From Squalus acanthias (Eukaryota): 64,000 bases of DNA. The notes beneath the pieces were generated by a model. It was not told the DNA's origin. It worked only from the letters and a program-made list of their open reading frames with translations, and made no database searches. The translations under genes and the position numbers were made by a program. Positions within the stretch are counted from its first letter, which is position 1. Each line of letters starts with the position of its first letter. The stretch lies in assembly GCA_030390025.1 (NCBI GenBank), contig CM059433.1:22384001-22448000 (forward strand), written 5' to 3'. Of this stretch, positions 61,378 through 64,000 are shown piece after piece.

Positions 61378-63300
61378 ACCTCAAAGAACACAGTTATGAT
61401 GTTGTCTCAATTAGTGACTGAGCAACATTCTCTTCATCCCTCCTCCATATGTTGTATTGGATATTGCAGAAAGCAAAAGGTATTAGAGAATAATCTGGTA
61501 AAAAAAATATTATAGCTGTTTCCGACTCACAGAATACAAAGGTCCAGAATTTTATGGAAAGTTTCAGCATAACTGCGGCGCAAGAGCGGCGTTGCATCAT
61601 CTTTTGTTCCAAGGAAATTCGCGTGTACCTGATTTACACTAGTTTTACGCTGAAACATCGCTACGTGCGATTTTCTTTGATCGCACCACTTCCGAGATAC
61701 GCCTGCCAAAACCCTCTGCTGCTCATTTACAAATCTCCGCCTCCCCATACAAAAGACCAACTTATGCAAGTTATCTGGATTTACACGAAGAAAGGGCTGA
61801 CATAGATTTGCGTCCAAAAATTTTGGTGCAGCACGGTGTAACTGAGTTTTCTAGTTTGATCGGATCTTTCAGAAAAAATTCTTACTGAGACCTGCAGCAT
61901 GCTTCACCAAACTGCTGTTATTCTCAGTGCATCCAGTATGTTTCACAACCTCGCACTTCCCATGTGGTCTAAGGAGCTGGAATGGGCTTCCCAATGGGAA
62001 TAACCCTGTTCTGCATAATAATGGAATAGGAAGAGAAGCAGCACAGGCAAGAGACTCTGAGACTGAGGCACCATGGCAGAAGACACCAGCCCACTATGTT
62101 ATAACTATTGGTGGCATTGCATTTGCAATTGTTTTATGCCGGTTTTTATATTCCAGTTTAGGAAAATGAGCTCAGCAGGAAATTTGAGCGTAAGTTCCCG
62201 CCTGTAAAATCATCGCAGGAACTGGCCTAAATTTCTGCAAATTCAAGGAAATTCCATCCCTTTAAAGGTTTTGTGCTGCAGCTGTGCAAGAAGAGAACTA
62301 AATTCTGTTGGTAATGGACAATCTTAATAGACTCATATCAGCTATTGGTTTGATCACTTTCCCTCAAAACCATGCCAGTTCTCATTTATAATTGTGCGCT
62401 GATGCTGATATAAGTGATAATACAACACATAATAATTAATGAACACTCTGTTAATGAGAACATTTACATAAAGTGAAATGTTTGTCCAAGCACTGATTAA
62501 TTCCATTAATGCTAGTGTATGTGTTAAGAGGATTGGTTAGAGCAAATATTCTGGTTGCCATGGCAGTGTTCCTAATCAAAGGCTTATGCCAGGTCTGTTT
62601 TATAAGTAGCCACATTTATTTTTAAAGAACTTCTACTATTGGCAAATACCTTACAACCAGCTCTGACCGCTTTGGATTGGAAAAGGGTGGAATTAATAAT
62701 GATTGCAGGTAAATCTGGTGACAGATAGTTTTTGTGGGAGTAACATTTTGATTAAATTTCCCTGTTAAATTTTGAACAGCAAACACTTAAAGTTGTTGGA
62801 CATCTCTTGACAGCGTGGCTAACCCTTAAGTATTTAAGTTATTTGGTATACGCTACCATTCATCCTTGGTTAGTCTGTTTGTAAGATGCATTTGTCGTGT
62901 ATACCTATATACTTAGGATTAGGATTAGGATTTGGTTTAATTTCAAACGATTAAAGTTTCTGGTTTCCTTTTACTGAATGAAATGGCTAAAGTTGTTCAT
63001 TCCTAAGATGCTTTAGAGTTTGATGTGCCAAGGAGCTGTTTTAGCTGACACTGTGGTTCAATTGTTTGCTGAAACACAGGATGTAAGATTCTTGACTTGT
63101 TTTGTGGCCACTTAAGAGTTACCCATGATATGGAACAATGGTTAACAGGATACACACAAGTGGCATCTGTTGTTTTCAAGAACTATATCCTTTCTAGGGG
63201 TCTTGTTCAATAACACCTGTCAATGATAATTGATTGTTACTGGCATTGTTTCATGAGAATCACACTATAAAGATTCCAAGCTTTTCTGTACAATTTGTAG

Positions 63301-63361
63301 AGAAAATCAGCAGTGGAAGGAGCAACAAAGAGTTCTCTACCCAGGGAAATAGCACACAGTT
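63301..63361 (+). other. Candidate 61-nt internal exon
   Basis: TTTTCTGTACAATTTGTAG acceptor and GTATGT donor; purine-rich; one open frame reads RKSAVEGATKSSLPREIAHS. Confidence 0.25.
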
Positions 63362-64000
63362 GTATGTTTTTTTTCTGTATGTCTTATTTTTAAGGATATT
63401 GTGTGTATTTGGACTTGTTCTCCTACAATAAATGGATTTTTGCATTCATAACCTGGAGTTAGGTATCAAACTTGTTACGTATTGAAAGAACATTGGACTT
63501 GACTGTTCAATAGATCATAAATATAATACTACAATATACATTTGTGGCAGTAACTGACCTCAGAAAAAGATAATTCTGCACACCATGTAATAAATTGTAC
63601 ACCATATTGAAGCATAATAACAAATGAATTTATCATAACAGGTGCCGTGTGGATGTATAAATTATATTCTGTCATTTATATATTGCAAAAGCTAACAATT
63701 ATGGTACATTTGATCATTCTATGACTGATGTACCGATTCCAACACTTTTCAGCAATCCTGTGATTTGTGGGAAAACAAGAAAGTTTTTTTTTATATAGTG
63801 GCATATACACTGCAATTTCACTGGGGTTACAGAAGGAAAACTCAGGGCTAAAGTCTGAAAAGATTACATTTGCATGACAGGAAACTTGATTTTATTGTTT
63901 CTACAACCTGTAATGATGCATGAAGCCCTATTTAATTTGAAGATGGAGGAGTTTAATAGACTAATTAACCTTTTCTTTTTTCAAAGCTTATGTTATTACA

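Noticed and set aside
62913..62932. Telomere-like (TTAGGA)3
   Set aside because: Three units of a non-canonical hexamer; an ordinary microsatellite.

Overview
Eukaryotic, repeat-dense window with no recognisable intact host gene. The repeat set (several CR1 LINE families, RTE and L2 LINEs, tRNA-headed Deu-type SINEs, a Penelope-like element, many PIF/Harbinger derivatives) suggests a cartilaginous fish (shark); this is an inference from remembered repeat families, not a search. Main structures: (1) a 40-44 bp tandem array split at one point by a 5.6-kb block (590-6178) made of a Harbinger half, a short unique spacer and a near full-length CR1 with a 49-bp monomer array at its 5' end, which best fits a CR1 5' transduction; (2) a second CR1 (about 12447-20035) carrying three nested insertions; (3) two long solo LTRs (1134 and 1734 bp) with 4-bp TSDs; (4) many Harbinger derivatives, including two near-identical inverted ~890-bp copies with separate TSDs; (5) a 2.1-kb 15-bp minisatellite that expanded inside a Harbinger transposase N-terminus; (6) a few isolated candidate exons and one CpG-rich promoter-like patch that I cannot assign to a gene. 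All long ORFs in the track come from transposons or tandem repeats. Ends of degraded elements are approximate.
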